NCBI GenBank assembly: GCA_022703375.1
Contig: JAKLDS010000006.1
Coordinates: 2,798 to 66,797, forward strand
Direction: 5' to 3'
DNA from: Deltaproteobacteria bacterium
GTDB taxonomy: Bacteria > Desulfobacterota > Syntrophia > Syntrophales > Smithellaceae
Length of the DNA: 64,000 nucleotides
Positions 48,324 to 58,943 of the stretch are shown piece after piece (positions within the stretch are counted from its first letter, which is position 1; each line of letters opens with the position of its first letter). The notes below the pieces were generated by a model that saw only the letters and a list, made by a program, of their open reading frames with translations, was not told the DNA's origin and did not search any database. Both the position numbers and the translations under genes were made by a program.

Positions 48324-50906
48324 ATGAACGCAAAATACGAACCGCATCAGATTGAGGAAAAATGGCAGAAAAAATGGGAAACGGAAAAAACGTATCAGGT
48401 GACGGAGGACAAAACCAAACAGAAATATTACCTGCTGGAAATGTTTCCCTATCCCTCCGGTAAAATCCATATCGGCCATGTCCGCAATTACACAATAGGC
48501 GACGTCGTTGCCCGTTATAAAAGAATGAAGGGTTTTAATGTGCTGCATCCAATGGGCTGGGATTCCTTCGGCCTGCCCGCGGAAAATGCCGCCATCGAAC
48601 ATAAAATCCACCCTTCCAAGTGGACGAATGAAAATATCAATCACATGAAAAAGCAGCTCAAGCGTATGGGCTTCAGCTATGACTGGGACAGGGAAGTATC
48701 CACCTGCGAACCGAAATATTACCGCTGGGAGCAGCTGTTTTTTATCTGGATGTATGAAAAGGGGCTGGCTTATAAAAAACGATCCATGGTTAATTTCTGT
48801 TCCAAATGCGATACGGTGCTGGCCAATGAACAGGTGGAAGGCGGCGCCTGCTGGCGCTGCGGCACGGAAGTTACGGAAAAAATTCTGGAACAGTGGTTCT
48901 TTAAGATAACCTCCTATATTGATGAACTCCTGGAATACTGCGATAAGCTTCCCGGCTGGCCGGAACGCGTTCTCACGATGCAGAAAAACTGGATCGGCAA
49001 AAGCTACGGTTGCGAAATATCCTTTCCACTGGTTGGTTCTAAAGAAGCCATTAAAGTTTTTACCACACGTCAGGATACAATCTTCGGCGCGACATTCATG
49101 CTCGTTGCGGCTGAACATCCATTGGTAATGGAACTGGCTAAGGGTAAATCCGTGGAGAAAGACGTGGAGCGGTTTGTCGAGAAAGTGAAAAAGCAGGACA
49201 AGCTGATGCGGACTTCCGAGTATTATGACAAGGAAGGCCTCTTTCTGGAATCGTACTGCCTCAACCCGGTCACCGGCAAGCAGATGCCGATTTTCGCCAC
49301 GAATTTTGTTTTGGCCGAATACGGCACCGGCTGCGTGATGGCCGTGCCCACCCACGACCAGCGCGACTTTGAGTTTGCGAAAAAATTTAATCTCCCCATG
49401 ATTGTTGTCATTCAACCGCCGAACAAAACCCTTAATGTCGAAACCATGAAAGAAGCGTATGTGGATGAAGGCATTTTAGTTCATTCCGGACCGTTTGACG
49501 GCATGGAAAATATGAAAGCTCTTGATGCTATCGCTGATTATCTGGAATCTCAGGGCAAGGGGAAAAGGACGATTCAATACCGTCTGCGCGACTGGGGAAT
49601 TTCCCGCCAGCGTTACTGGGGAGCGCCTATTCCCATGATTAACTGTGATAAGTGCGGCATTGTGCCGGTGCCGGAAAAGGACCTGCCGGTTTTGCTGCCG
49701 GAAGACATAGTGCTAAGCGCGGGAGGAGGATCGCCGCTCGCCGCCCTGCAGAGTTTTGTGGAAACAATCTGTCCTAAGTGTGGCGGTAAAGCGGCGCGGG
49801 AAACCGATACCATGGATACGTTTGTGGAATCATCCTGGTATTTCGATCGTTTCTGTTCTCCCCATTGTGATACGAAGCCGGGCCTGGACCGTCAGGCGCT
49901 GGATTACTGGATGCCGGTTGACCAGTATATCGGCGGGATTGAGCACGCCATTCTCCACCTGCTCTATTCGCGTTTTTATACCAAGCTGCTGCGTGACTTC
50001 GGCATCATTGGTGTTGACGAGCCTTTTGTCAATCTGCTCACTCAGGGCATGGTCTGCAAGGAAACCATGAAGTGTCCGGAACACGGCTATCTTTTCCCCG
50101 AGCAGGCAGCGGACGGTAAATGCCATCGTTGCGGCAAAGACGTAATTATCGGCAAGACGGAAAAAATGTCCAAATCACTGAAAAATGTCATTGATCCCGA
50201 TTATCTGATTAAAACCTACGGCGCTGACACGGCGCGCGTGTTTTGCCTTTTCGCAGCGCCGCCGGAAAAAGATTTGGAATGGAGCGATCAGGGAGTGGAC
50301 GGCTCCTTCCGGTTTTTAAACCGCACCTGGCGCATTTTTATGGATTATATTGAAGATATTAAGAATGTCGCGCCGCTTGCCGGCGGCGAAACTCTATCCG
50401 ACGACGGGAAAAATCTGCGGCGCAAAACACATCAGACCATCCGCAAGGTAACTATTGATATTGAAGACCGTTTCCATTTCAATACGGCAATCAGCGCCAT
50501 TATGGAATTGATTAACGCGCTGTATGCGACACCGCGTCCGGCCGCGACGGATAAACCCGGTCTGGCTGTCATCCGTGAAGCTCTGGAGACAGCCATCATC
50601 CTTCTGGCGCCGATTGTTCCGCATTTTGCCGAAGAGCTCTGGGAAGTTCTCGGTCACGAAAAACCGTTATCCGGAATAGGTTGGCCTTCCTTTGATAAAA
50701 CTATCGCCAGTGAAGAGGAGATAACTATTGTTTTGCAGATAAACGGCAAGCTCCGCAGCCGCATCACCGTCGCCGTAGATGAGGATGAAGAAAGCGTTAA
50801 AGCGGCGGCGCTGGCCGATGAAAAAATTATCGCGCTGCTGGCGGGCAAGAACGTAGTTAAAGTTATCTATGTTCCGAAAAAACTGGTTAATATCGTGGTC
50901 AAATGA
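48324..50906 (+). CDS. leuS: leucine--tRNA ligase
   Basis: 860 aa. [17 protein letters not shown] (HIGH motif), CP1 editing domain, KMSKSLKN. Confidence 0.95.
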   Translation: MNAKYEPHQIEEKWQKKWETEKTYQVTEDKTKQKYYLLEMFPYPSGKIHIGHVRNYTIGDVVARYKRMKGFNVLHPMGWDSFGLPAENAAIEHKIHPSKWTNENINHMKKQLKRMGFSYDWDREVSTCEPKYYRWEQLFFIWMYEKGLAYKKRSMVNFCSKCDTVLANEQVEGGACWRCGTEVTEKILEQWFFKITSYIDELLEYCDKLPGWPERVLTMQKNWIGKSYGCEISFPLVGSKEAIKVFTTRQDTIFGATFMLVAAEHPLVMELAKGKSVEKDVERFVEKVKKQDKLMRTSEYYDKEGLFLESYCLNPVTGKQMPIFATNFVLAEYGTGCVMAVPTHDQRDFEFAKKFNLPMIVVIQPPNKTLNVETMKEAYVDEGILVHSGPFDGMENMKALDAIADYLESQGKGKRTIQYRLRDWGISRQRYWGAPIPMINCDKCGIVPVPEKDLPVLLPEDIVLSAGGGSPLAALQSFVETICPKCGGKAARETDTMDTFVESSWYFDRFCSPHCDTKPGLDRQALDYWMPVDQYIGGIEHAILHLLYSRFYTKLLRDFGIIGVDEPFVNLLTQGMVCKETMKCPEHGYLFPEQAADGKCHRCGKDVIIGKTEKMSKSLKNVIDPDYLIKTYGADTARVFCLFAAPPEKDLEWSDQGVDGSFRFLNRTWRIFMDYIEDIKNVAPLAGGETLSDDGKNLRRKTHQTIRKVTIDIEDRFHFNTAISAIMELINALYATPRPAATDKPGLAVIREALETAIILLAPIVPHFAEELWEVLGHEKPLSGIGWPSFDKTIASEEEITIVLQINGKLRSRITVAVDEDEESVKAAALADEKIIALLAGKNVVKVIYVPKKLVNIVVK

Positions 50907-51442
50907 GAGAAATATTTATGATAAAAATCATTCGGAAATATTTTTTGCTATGCGCGATTCCGGCTTTGGTTATGGCCTGCGGTTATGCTTTTGCCCCGCA
51001 GGGGGACTACATTGATAAAAGTATTAAAAAAGTTTACGTTCAGCCGTTTAAAAATAATACCGCCCAGGCCGAAATTGATACTTACATCCGGGCTGCTTTT
51101 ATTGATCAATTCATTCAGGGCGGCCGTTTCAGTTTAGCCGACAGCATTGAAGAAGCCGATGCCACCCTGCAAGGCATCATCACCAGCCTCAATACCGCAG
51201 CTCTTTCCTATCGCGCCAGCACGCTGGCCGCGGAAGAACGCGCGACAATCACGATGGATATCACTTTTCAGGAAAGAAAATCCGGCAAAGTCATCTGGAC
51301 TTCAAAAAGTGTCGCCGGGGCAGCTGACTATGCCTTGCCGGACAATATCAATGCTGTACCGCAGACAAGAAAGACGGCTCTGTTCAAGCTGGCTACCGAT
51401 ACTGCGGAAAAAACATACAATATAATGATGTCGGGATTCTAA
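50903..51442 (+). CDS. lptE: LptE-like LPS-assembly lipoprotein
   Basis: 179 aa. Lipobox LVMACG. About the right size, and in the conserved position immediately after leuS (ATGA overlap). Sequence similarity itself is only judged by eye. Confidence 0.55.
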   Translation: MREIFMIKIIRKYFLLCAIPALVMACGYAFAPQGDYIDKSIKKVYVQPFKNNTAQAEIDTYIRAAFIDQFIQGGRFSLADSIEEADATLQGIITSLNTAALSYRASTLAAEERATITMDITFQERKSGKVIWTSKSVAGAADYALPDNINAVPQTRKTALFKLATDTAEKTYNIMMSGF

Positions 51443-51459
51443 CAGACAACCATTAATGC

Positions 51460-52845
51460 ATGAAAATTTTATCCCTAAAACCGGCCTGCTTTACACTTGC
51501 TGCTTTTGATGGCAAAACAGAAACAGCTGCGGTTATTCGGGAGGGCAAGACCTTTGCGGACTTTTCCCCTTTAACCGGAAATCTTTCCCGAAAATATCTG
51601 CTGGTTGTAAAAAACGGCAGTGTCATCAGCTTCTCCGGTAATTTTTTCCGGCGTATTGCCGCCGTTGCCGCAGATACCGGCGCGGGCCTCGTTTACACTG
51701 ATTACCGGGAAAAAAATAAATCCGGGATTTCCACCCGTTTATTGAACGATTATCAGCCGGGGAGTATTCGCTCCGATTTTGATTTCGGGCCGGTAATGGT
51801 GTTCTCCCTCCCTGCCGTGAAAAGAGTTATTAGTAAATACGGCGCGCTACCGCGTGACGAAGCTTTAGCTTTTTACGATTTAAGACTGAAAATATCCCTT
51901 TTGTATCCGATTATTCACCTGCCGGAATTGCTCTACGATGTTCAGGAGGCGAAACCGGGGCAATCAGAACAGGAAAAGCATTTTGCTTATGCGGCGGCGG
52001 CTGATTTGCGGCGGCAAAAAAAACTCGAAAAGCTGGCAACCAATTATTTGCAACAGGCGGGCGCGTATCTGACGCCGCGCGTTAAAAAAGTCCCGGCGGA
52101 AAAAGATGTTTTCCCGGTGGAAGCCAGTATCATTATACCGGTGCGCAACCGCAGGAAAACAATTGCTGAAGCACTGGAAAGCGCGCTTTGGCAACGGACG
52201 GATTTTTCCTTCAATGTTCTTGTCGTGGACAATCATTCCACCGACGGCACGGCACGCATTATCAATAACACGGCTAAGTCCGATGCGCGCGTCAGATGTC
52301 TTGTCCCGGAGCGTTTTGATCTGGGCATCGGCGGCTGCTGGAACGAAGCTGTTTATTCGCTTGCGTGCGGCCGGTTTGCCGTTCAGCTTGATTCCGATGA
52401 TATCTATGCCTCAAGCGATACTTTGCAGAAAATGGTGGATATGCTGAGGCGCAACTTTGCGATGGTTGTCGGCTCTTATACAATTGTCAATGAAAAACTG
52501 AAGCCGATTGCACCGGGGCTGATTGACCACCGCGAATGGACAAAAACCAACGGCCACAATAATCTGCTGCGCGTCAACGGGATGGGTGCGCCGCGCGCTT
52601 TCCGGACATCCCTGCTGCGGCAGCTGGGCGGTTTTCCCGATGTCAGTTACGGCGAAGATTACGCCGTGGCTTTGCGGATTTCCCGCGAATATCAAATCGG
52701 CCGGATTTATGAAAGCCTGTATCTTTGCCGCCGTTGGTCTCATAATACGGATACCGGCCTCTCCGCTGCAAGAAAGAACAGTTATGATTATTACAAGGAC
52801 AAACTGCGGACACTGGAATTAATTGCGAGGAAAAACCTAAAATGA
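51460..52845 (+). CDS. family 2 glycosyltransferase with a ~230-aa N-terminal extension
   Basis: 461 aa. GT-A core SIIIPVRNRRKTIAEALES..VVDNHSTDGT..LDSDDIY..GEDYA. The N-terminal half has no motif I recognise. Confidence 0.8.
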   Translation: MKILSLKPACFTLAAFDGKTETAAVIREGKTFADFSPLTGNLSRKYLLVVKNGSVISFSGNFFRRIAAVAADTGAGLVYTDYREKNKSGISTRLLNDYQPGSIRSDFDFGPVMVFSLPAVKRVISKYGALPRDEALAFYDLRLKISLLYPIIHLPELLYDVQEAKPGQSEQEKHFAYAAAADLRRQKKLEKLATNYLQQAGAYLTPRVKKVPAEKDVFPVEASIIIPVRNRRKTIAEALESALWQRTDFSFNVLVVDNHSTDGTARIINNTAKSDARVRCLVPERFDLGIGGCWNEAVYSLACGRFAVQLDSDDIYASSDTLQKMVDMLRRNFAMVVGSYTIVNEKLKPIAPGLIDHREWTKTNGHNNLLRVNGMGAPRAFRTSLLRQLGGFPDVSYGEDYAVALRISREYQIGRIYESLYLCRRWSHNTDTGLSAARKNSYDYYKDKLRTLELIARKNLK

Positions 52846-54629
52846 AAAAATCCGCCTTTCATCAGAATAAAGCTGAAAGCAACCTTTCCTTCGGCGCCGG
52901 GATAAGCAGAAGAAATTTTCTGAAAATATCCGCTTTGGCAACTGCCGGAGCGCTTGCCGGATTTCCCGCCGCCCGCGCTTCAATGCCTGAAGCAGAGCTT
53001 GTTTTAACAAACGGCAAAATTCTCACCGTGGATGCCGCAAATTCCGTTGTCGAAGGAGTGGCGGTCAAAGGTGGTAGAATTCTGGATGCGGGGACGGCGG
53101 AAAAAATCGCCGGATATATCGGGACAACAACTAAAGTTATTAATCTGCGGGGGAAAACGGTTACGCCGGGACTGATTGATTCTCATGCTCATTTGCCGCC
53201 CTTCGGCCTGAGAGAATCGAAACGCTGGGTAAAGCTTCAGGGGATGGAGTCGAAGGAAGAAATTCTGGAGGCTCTGGCGCAAAGAGCTCAAACTCTGACC
53301 AAGGGGCAGTGGATAGCCGCCTGGGGCGTAGAAGACTTCTCTCTGTCTTTCTTAACCAAAGAAGATCTGGACAAGGTGACTGGTGATCACCCGATGCTGG
53401 TCACGCACACAACCGGGCAATGGGGTTTTGCCAATTCTCTGGCGCTAAAAATATCCGGCATAGACGGCAACGCCCAGAGTCCTCCCGGAAGCAAAATCGC
53501 CATGAAACTTTTCAAAAAAGAACCGACGGGACTTCTTATTCATTATCCCGCCCTCTATCTGGTGAGAAAGCACATGCCGGTCCTGAGCTACGAAGATGCG
53601 CAGGAATGCATTCTTCATGCGGCAAATCTCTATGCCAGGGAAGGCGTCACCGCGATCCATGACAACTTTTTCATGGTTTCGGAAATCGGCGCAAATCAAT
53701 TCGCAAGAGCCTATATAAACCTTGTTCAGAAGGGAGCCCTCCCCACCCGGGTCAAAATCTGGCCTTACCTTGCCAATCTGAAAGAGGCCACAAGAGTCAT
53801 GAGCGACCTTTTTTCAGAAAGAGATCCTCTGCCGGATTCTTCTGTCCGCGATTTTTTTATCATGCGCAAACAGCAGCCGGGGCTTTTTGCCGACATGTGG
53901 GGCGGACTGAAGATTGCCATTGACGGTTCAGGAATGACGACGCTCTGGTACTCGAATCCAAGGGGGTTGCCGCTTCATTCCAAGGCGGACGTTTATGCAA
54001 TGATGAAGCTCTTTCACAGGGCGGATCAGCAAATAAGCGTTCATGCGGTGGGAGACCAGGCCGTGGACATCTTTTTGGATGCGGTGGAGGTGTCACAAAA
54101 CGATCATCGCCGCAGCGATGCCCGGCATCGCATTGAGCATGCCATCCTTCCGCAATCCTCTTCACTGGAGCGCATCAGCAGGCTCAAAGTTGTTATTTCC
54201 ACTCATCCTCAATTTATTTATTCCTGGGGCGATAAATGGATGATGAAGAACAAGGAAAAATCCATTCCTCTCAAAAGTTATCTCCAGGCGGGTATTCCCG
54301 TTGCTCTGGGAGCCGATCCGCCTGCTTTTCCTTTATATCAGCCGCAAATCGCCCTCTGGCAGGCCATCAAGAGAGCGACAAAAGAGGGAATGCGTCTGGA
54401 TGCGGCGGAGAGCATCTCCATTCAGGAAGCCTTGCGAATGCAGACTATGGGCAGCGCCTATGCCGGCTTTCAGGAAAGAGAAATCGGCTCCCTGGAGAAA
54501 GGCAAGTTTGCTGATATGGCAGTGTGGGATCGGAATTATTATAGTATTCCCAGTGATGAAATAAAAGAGGCGACGGCCGTTATGACTTTTGTGGGTGGAA
54601 AAACAGTTTACGAAAAAAAGGAAAGCTGA
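52842..54629 (+). CDS. Tat-exported amidohydrolase (YtcJ-like metal-dependent hydrolase)
   Basis: 595 aa. Twin-arginine signal SRRNFLKISALATAGALAG. GLIDSHAHL metal-binding motif. HAVGD, EHA. ATGA overlap with the GT2 gene. Confidence 0.8.
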   Translation: MKKSAFHQNKAESNLSFGAGISRRNFLKISALATAGALAGFPAARASMPEAELVLTNGKILTVDAANSVVEGVAVKGGRILDAGTAEKIAGYIGTTTKVINLRGKTVTPGLIDSHAHLPPFGLRESKRWVKLQGMESKEEILEALAQRAQTLTKGQWIAAWGVEDFSLSFLTKEDLDKVTGDHPMLVTHTTGQWGFANSLALKISGIDGNAQSPPGSKIAMKLFKKEPTGLLIHYPALYLVRKHMPVLSYEDAQECILHAANLYAREGVTAIHDNFFMVSEIGANQFARAYINLVQKGALPTRVKIWPYLANLKEATRVMSDLFSERDPLPDSSVRDFFIMRKQQPGLFADMWGGLKIAIDGSGMTTLWYSNPRGLPLHSKADVYAMMKLFHRADQQISVHAVGDQAVDIFLDAVEVSQNDHRRSDARHRIEHAILPQSSSLERISRLKVVISTHPQFIYSWGDKWMMKNKEKSIPLKSYLQAGIPVALGADPPAFPLYQPQIALWQAIKRATKEGMRLDAAESISIQEALRMQTMGSAYAGFQEREIGSLEKGKFADMAVWDRNYYSIPSDEIKEATAVMTFVGGKTVYEKKES

Positions 54630-54649
54630 TTCCTTCTCAGGAGAAAAGA

Positions 54650-55642
54650 GTGTCAAAAATATTTACTGATTTTAATATCGGTAACTCGTTGCCGGAACTT
54701 TGCCGGAAACTGTTTACGGAACAGAAAAGAAACTGGCCGCAACTCGCCCTTGCCTGCGAAGGACTGGCCGCCACCCGCCTGCGCGAAATTGATTGCGGCT
54801 ACAGGGTTTTCCTGCAACACAATCCGCAACGCGCCGTTAACAGCGGCGCTGCGCTGGATGCCGAATCCATCAGGAATCGCCCCTGCTTTTTATGCGCGGC
54901 CAATCAGCCGGAAGAACAACGGGGGATACTTTACAGGAATGAATACCTGATTCTCTGCAACCCGGCGCCTGTTTTTCCCGGCCATCTGACTATTGTCCAC
55001 GTGAATCATCAGCCGCAGCTCCTGACAGATTCGATAATGCCGCTGCTGCATCTGGCGCGCGACTTGGCTCCCGACTATTGCGTTTTCTACAATGGGCCGG
55101 CCTGCGGGGCGTCGGCGCCGGACCACCTGCATTTTCAGGCAATACCTGTAAATTCTCTGCCTGTGGAAAATCTGCCGGATAAATATCTGGGCGAGGCCGG
55201 AGAATATTCCGCCGTAAAAATAATACGCGGCGTTAATCTGGACCGCGCCCTTGTTATTATGGAGAGCGCCAATCCGGAAGCCCTGCGACGGCAACTGCTG
55301 ATACTAATGGCCAAAGCAACTTCTCTGGCCGGCGTCGTTAAAGAGCCGAAGCTTAATGTTATTGCAATACAGGAAAAATTAATCAGCCGTCTGATAATTT
55401 TTTTCCGCTCCAAACACCGTCCCGATGCTTTTTTTCAGGAAGACGACGGAAGAATTTTTGTTTCTCCGGGATCTGTTGACATGGGCGGTTTTATCATTAC
55501 ACCGCGCGAAAATGATTTTCAACGGCTGGCCGGGGATGATATCAGGAAAATTTACCGCGAGGTGTCCGTTACGCCGGATTTGTTAAATAAAATATTGGAG
55601 GCAAGAGGAGCAGACAATGGATTCAGCCAGCGGCATTATTAA
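54650..55642 (+). CDS. HIT-superfamily (GalT / GDP-hexose phosphorylase branch)-like protein, possibly DUF4922
   Basis: 330 aa with a GTG start. APDHLHFQAIP contains an H-x-H-x-Q motif. An upstream HLTIVH segment is also present. Confidence 0.55.
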   Translation: MSKIFTDFNIGNSLPELCRKLFTEQKRNWPQLALACEGLAATRLREIDCGYRVFLQHNPQRAVNSGAALDAESIRNRPCFLCAANQPEEQRGILYRNEYLILCNPAPVFPGHLTIVHVNHQPQLLTDSIMPLLHLARDLAPDYCVFYNGPACGASAPDHLHFQAIPVNSLPVENLPDKYLGEAGEYSAVKIIRGVNLDRALVIMESANPEALRRQLLILMAKATSLAGVVKEPKLNVIAIQEKLISRLIIFFRSKHRPDAFFQEDDGRIFVSPGSVDMGGFIITPRENDFQRLAGDDIRKIYREVSVTPDLLNKILEARGADNGFSQRHY

Positions 55643-56174
55643 GGACAGTGAAATGAGTTTTGCCGAGGCCATCGAGGGGACCAATGCGCCGCTTCATGTC
55701 GTGGACAGACTGGCAATGGCCGATGTGTTTTATCTTTCTTTTGACGGCAGGCGTCATCAGGGGCAGATTATCGTTGATGTTGAACTGGAAGAAGACGTTT
55801 ATGAAATGTTTGCGCTGATGGAAAAACTGCAATTTCCGGTTAACAAGGTGCTGCCGATAATCGCGTACAATTGGCAGGATGATGATTCCATGGAGGATAA
55901 TAATTCATCGGGTTTCAATTACCGCACTGTTGCCGGCACGACTAAATTATCGCTGCATGCTCTGGGCAGGGCCATAGACATCAATCCCCGGCAAAATCCG
56001 ATTATTTATCAGGACGGACGGATAGCGCCGGGCGGAGCCGTGTATGATCCTAAGTTGCCGGGTGTCTTGTCAATGGACAGCCCCGTAGTCAGGGAATTTA
56101 TCTCGCGCGGCTGGCGCTGGGGCGGCAATTTCGAAGATATGAAGGATTATCATCACTTGGAAAAACCATACTGA
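55617..56174 (+). CDS. M15-family zinc D,D-/L,D-peptidase (VanX/VanY-like fold)
   Basis: 185 aa. SLHALGRAIDINP (H-x6-D zinc ligands) and DYHHLE (third ligand region). No signal peptide. 26-nt overlap with the upstream gene. Confidence 0.7.
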   Translation: MDSASGIIKDSEMSFAEAIEGTNAPLHVVDRLAMADVFYLSFDGRRHQGQIIVDVELEEDVYEMFALMEKLQFPVNKVLPIIAYNWQDDDSMEDNNSSGFNYRTVAGTTKLSLHALGRAIDINPRQNPIIYQDGRIAPGGAVYDPKLPGVLSMDSPVVREFISRGWRWGGNFEDMKDYHHLEKPY

Positions 56175-56205
56175 TTCAGCAGACCGGATGTTCAACCGGT
56201 GTTTG

Positions 56206-56278
56206 TAATGATAAAAAAAGCAGGGAGTAATGTTGTCCGGGACATCCGGGCTCATCATTTCCCTGCTTTTTATCATTA
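56206..56278. terminator. long inverted repeat / bidirectional terminator between convergent genes
   Basis: TAATGATAAAAAAAGCAGGGA ... TCCCTGCTTTTTATCATTA, a stem of about 19 bp with a 33-nt loop and A/T runs on both sides. It sits between the M15 gene and the MCP gene. Confidence 0.5.
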
Positions 56279-56336
56279 AATCTTTTGATACTTTTTGCTC
56301 CCTGTGGCCGCCGCCAGAGAACTCTTCTGCAAGTAT

Positions 56337-57716
56337 TTACTTTCCGGCGCCATTAACAATGATAATCAAATCCTTAACATAATTTTTCATCTGCTCCGCC
56401 TGGGCGTTCATCTCTTCGGATGCGCTGGCGGTTTCTTCAGAATCGGCTGCTGTTTGCTGTGTTACTTTGTCCATTTGCGTTACCGCCGTTGATATTTGTT
56501 CGAATCCCTTGGCCTGTTCCTGAGAAGCAGCCGCTATTTCATCAATCAACGCCCCGATTTTTCTGGCACTATCCACATTTTCCTGGAAAGCTTCTTTGGT
56601 CAGCCTGGTCAACTCGTTGCCGTTTCTGACAGCCTTGATTGTATTTTCAATAAGGGTATTAGTGTTCTTTGCCGCCTCTGCCGACCGCATGGCCAGATTC
56701 CTCACTTCATCGGCGACAACGGCAAAACCGGCGCCGGCTTCTCCCGCGCGCGCTGCTTCCACGGCGGCGTTAAGCGCCAGCAGATTGGTCTGAAAGGCAA
56801 TTTCATCTATGGTTTTAATTATCTTGCCTGTTTCTTCGCTGGATTTGGTTATTTCGTCAATAGCGTTGGCCATATTTTCCATGTTACGGCCGACCTTATC
56901 CACAATTAGTTGCGTTTCCCCGGTCATCGCCTTGGCCTGTTCGGCATTGTCGGCATTTTGTTTTGTCATTGACGACAACTCTTCCAGCGAAGATGAGGTT
57001 TCTTCCAGTGAGGCAGCCTGTTCGGTTGCTCCCTCCGCCAGATGCTGACTCGTGGCCGAAACTTCCCGGGCCGCCGCCGCCACCTGTTCGGCGCCGTCAA
57101 CAAAACCCTGGACAGTGCCGCTTATTGCTTTGGCGATAGACGTGGCTATCAGGAACGTAATTAAGAGAACTATTGCCAGGGAAATAATTCCTGTCAGAAT
57201 CAGGATGTTCTGCAGCTTATAAGCCGGAGCGTAGACTTCATCCATGTAGCTTCCCGCCGCTACAATCCATTCAAGACCCGGAATGTGCCGATAAATAACC
57301 ATCTTGTCTCTTGCCGTTTTTTCCCCCTGGTCTTTCCACGAATATATTATTGTCCCCTTTTTCTTTTTAATCATTTCCTGGATGAAATGCCTGCCTTTTT
57401 CGTCTTTGGCTTCATACAGGTTATCCCCTTCCCGTTTGGGATGAAGCCTCACGACGCCGCCGTCATCAAAAATAAAAAGATAGCCTGTTTTGCCGATTTT
57501 CAGGGATCGTAAATAATCCTTTGTCGCATCATTCATTGACAAGGTAAGCATTTGCGCCGATACATCCGCAACATTGGCGAGTTCGCTCTCCATCATCTTT
57601 GTAACAGTGCTCCGTGACATGAGTACGCTGATGAAAACTATTGTTATATTGGCTACCAATAGAGTTATGCCAAAATAAACCAGCATGCGTTTCTTCAACC
57701 CGATATTTTTCAACAT
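56337..57716 (-). CDS. methyl-accepting chemotaxis protein with single-Cache sensor
   Basis: 459 aa. TM, Cache-like [36 protein letters not shown]. Signalling hairpin [40 protein letters not shown]. Confidence 0.9.
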   Translation of the reverse strand: MLKNIGLKKRMLVYFGITLLVANITIVFISVLMSRSTVTKMMESELANVADVSAQMLTLSMNDATKDYLRSLKIGKTGYLFIFDDGGVVRLHPKREGDNLYEAKDEKGRHFIQEMIKKKKGTIIYSWKDQGEKTARDKMVIYRHIPGLEWIVAAGSYMDEVYAPAYKLQNILILTGIISLAIVLLITFLIATSIAKAISGTVQGFVDGAEQVAAAAREVSATSQHLAEGATEQAASLEETSSSLEELSSMTKQNADNAEQAKAMTGETQLIVDKVGRNMENMANAIDEITKSSEETGKIIKTIDEIAFQTNLLALNAAVEAARAGEAGAGFAVVADEVRNLAMRSAEAAKNTNTLIENTIKAVRNGNELTRLTKEAFQENVDSARKIGALIDEIAAASQEQAKGFEQISTAVTQMDKVTQQTAADSEETASASEEMNAQAEQMKNYVKDLIIIVNGAGK

Positions 57717-58055
57717 GACTTTATCTCCTTTTCTTTATGGGGAACGATATCCCGGGAGCTGACAAACAGCCGTAACTCCGATTTTGCAATACCAGCTTTT
57801 CGGTATGTTGTAACTTTCTTTATATATGTATAATAAAAACAAAAGGCTTGGCAAGCTCTTTCGTTGTTGATAATAATATCAGCAGGCAATTAAGGGCGGT
57901 AAAGCCGGGAATCAGCCCGACAGCTTTCGGAACTTAAATATTGGGATTATCAGTATATTTTTTGCTGAGAGGCTATCCTTCGGCTGATATGACCATAGTA
58001 ATTAATAAAATTTACTCTGTTATAGTCTGGCGTAAGATAATTAGACGATTTTCCG

Positions 58056-58085
58056 TTGACAGGCAAATCAACATTTTTATAGTAT
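58056..58085 (+). promoter_or_regulatory. sigma-70-type promoter candidate for the 58147 gene
   Basis: TTGACA (58056-58061) followed at 16-18 nt by TATAGT/TAGTAT (58078-58085). Confidence 0.4.
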
Positions 58086-58146
58086 TAAAAAGCTGACAAT
58101 TATAGCAATATCCGATAAATTGATGTGAAAAGGAGATAATAATAAC

Positions 58147-58668
58147 ATGAAGAAACAATTGTGTTTGTCTTTGGTATTCATATTTATTTTTACCGCTCAT
58201 GTTTTTGCCGCCGGTTTTGAGCCCGGAGTCAAAGTGCGAGCCGTTGAGAAAGACGGTACGGAACTGGTTGGTGTTATTGCCAACTACGAAAATGCGCCTG
58301 AAATGACCTGTCTGGATAAATCCGGCTCTTATTTCAAGTTGCCTTTAAAGGAAATCAAAAAGATAACCTATGTTGCCGGACAGAATTACATGACCGGAGG
58401 AGGAACAAAGCTGCCGGTTTTAAGTTTTGAAATGATCAATGGACAAACGGTGCTGGGCGGCCTCAATCAGCATGGAATCGTTAAAATAGACATGGGCTAT
58501 AAAGGAAAAAGGAATCTCTGGCTGACGGATTCCCGATATAAGTTAGTCGAGGTGGTTGAATCAGGAAAAGCGGATTCGGACGGGCAGATGAAAATTACAT
58601 TGACGAACGGGCAAATCATTATAGTCCCGGTAAAGAAATCTGATATCCACAGCATTATTTTTGAGTAA
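58147..58668 (+). CDS. hypothetical secreted protein
   Basis: 173 aa. Signal peptide MKKQLCLSLVFIFIFTAHVFA. AGGAG-type RBS. No recognisable domain. Confidence 0.5.
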   Translation: MKKQLCLSLVFIFIFTAHVFAAGFEPGVKVRAVEKDGTELVGVIANYENAPEMTCLDKSGSYFKLPLKEIKKITYVAGQNYMTGGGTKLPVLSFEMINGQTVLGGLNQHGIVKIDMGYKGKRNLWLTDSRYKLVEVVESGKADSDGQMKITLTNGQIIIVPVKKSDIHSIIFE

Positions 58669-58760
58669 TTTGCCGGGAAGTGTCGCCAGCGAAAAAAACA
58701 ATTTATCTGTTGGGGATAAATTCAGAGTACATAGCTGATATCAATAAGACATGGTTATAC

Positions 58761-58807
58761 AGAAAGCGCGCCATTGCCGACGCGCTTTCTGTATTCTGGC
58801 TCCCCAG
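58761..58807. repeat. 47-nt direct repeat, left copy (hairpin plus TGGCTCCCCAG)
   Basis: AGAAAGCGCGCCATTGCCGACGCGCTTTCTGTATTCTGGCTCCCCAG. 44 of 47 positions are identical to 62692-62738, in the same orientation. It contains the 10-bp stem AGAAAGCGCG/CGCGCTTTCT. Confidence 0.7.
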
Positions 58808-58877
58808 CGCTAAGACGAATTCCGATTCCATCGGATTTCTAAGCCATCTGCTCTACCGGCTGAGCTACTGATGATTG
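58797..58877 (-). other. degenerate tRNA-like segment (probable tRNA remnant, not a functional tRNA)
   Basis: Minus strand reads TCATCAG-TA-GCTC-AGCCGGTA-GAGC-A...CTGGGGA-G-CCA. The D arm is canonical, the acceptor is near-complementary (one A/G mismatch) and the 3' end is GCCA. The anticodon arm cannot be paired and the T arm has 2 mismatches (loop TTCGTCT). Confidence 0.3.
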
Positions 58878-58943
58878 AGCGGTAATTCTGGGACACCGCG
58901 GTAAAATGAACGGATTATGATCATGCTTTTTGCACTTGCAAGC

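Noticed and set aside
48240-49415. 391-aa ORF on the minus strand
   Set aside because: It is entirely antisense to the strongly supported leuS gene. Its translation is low-complexity and rich in F/H/R with no motif. It looks like a typical shadow ORF in a gene with strong codon bias.
57847-57862. TGGCAAGCTCTTTCGT as a sigma-54 promoter upstream of the 58147 gene
   Set aside because: The -12 element reads TTTCG instead of TTGC. A sigma-70-type TTGACA/-10 pair lies closer to the gene.
58680-58871. 63-aa ORF, and the 92-aa ORF at 62563-62841, sharing the peptide RKRAIADALS(V/A)FWLP
   Set aside because: The shared peptide is only the translation of the 47-nt direct repeat with its hairpin. There is no similarity outside the repeat, no RBS, and one ORF runs through the tRNA-like segment.
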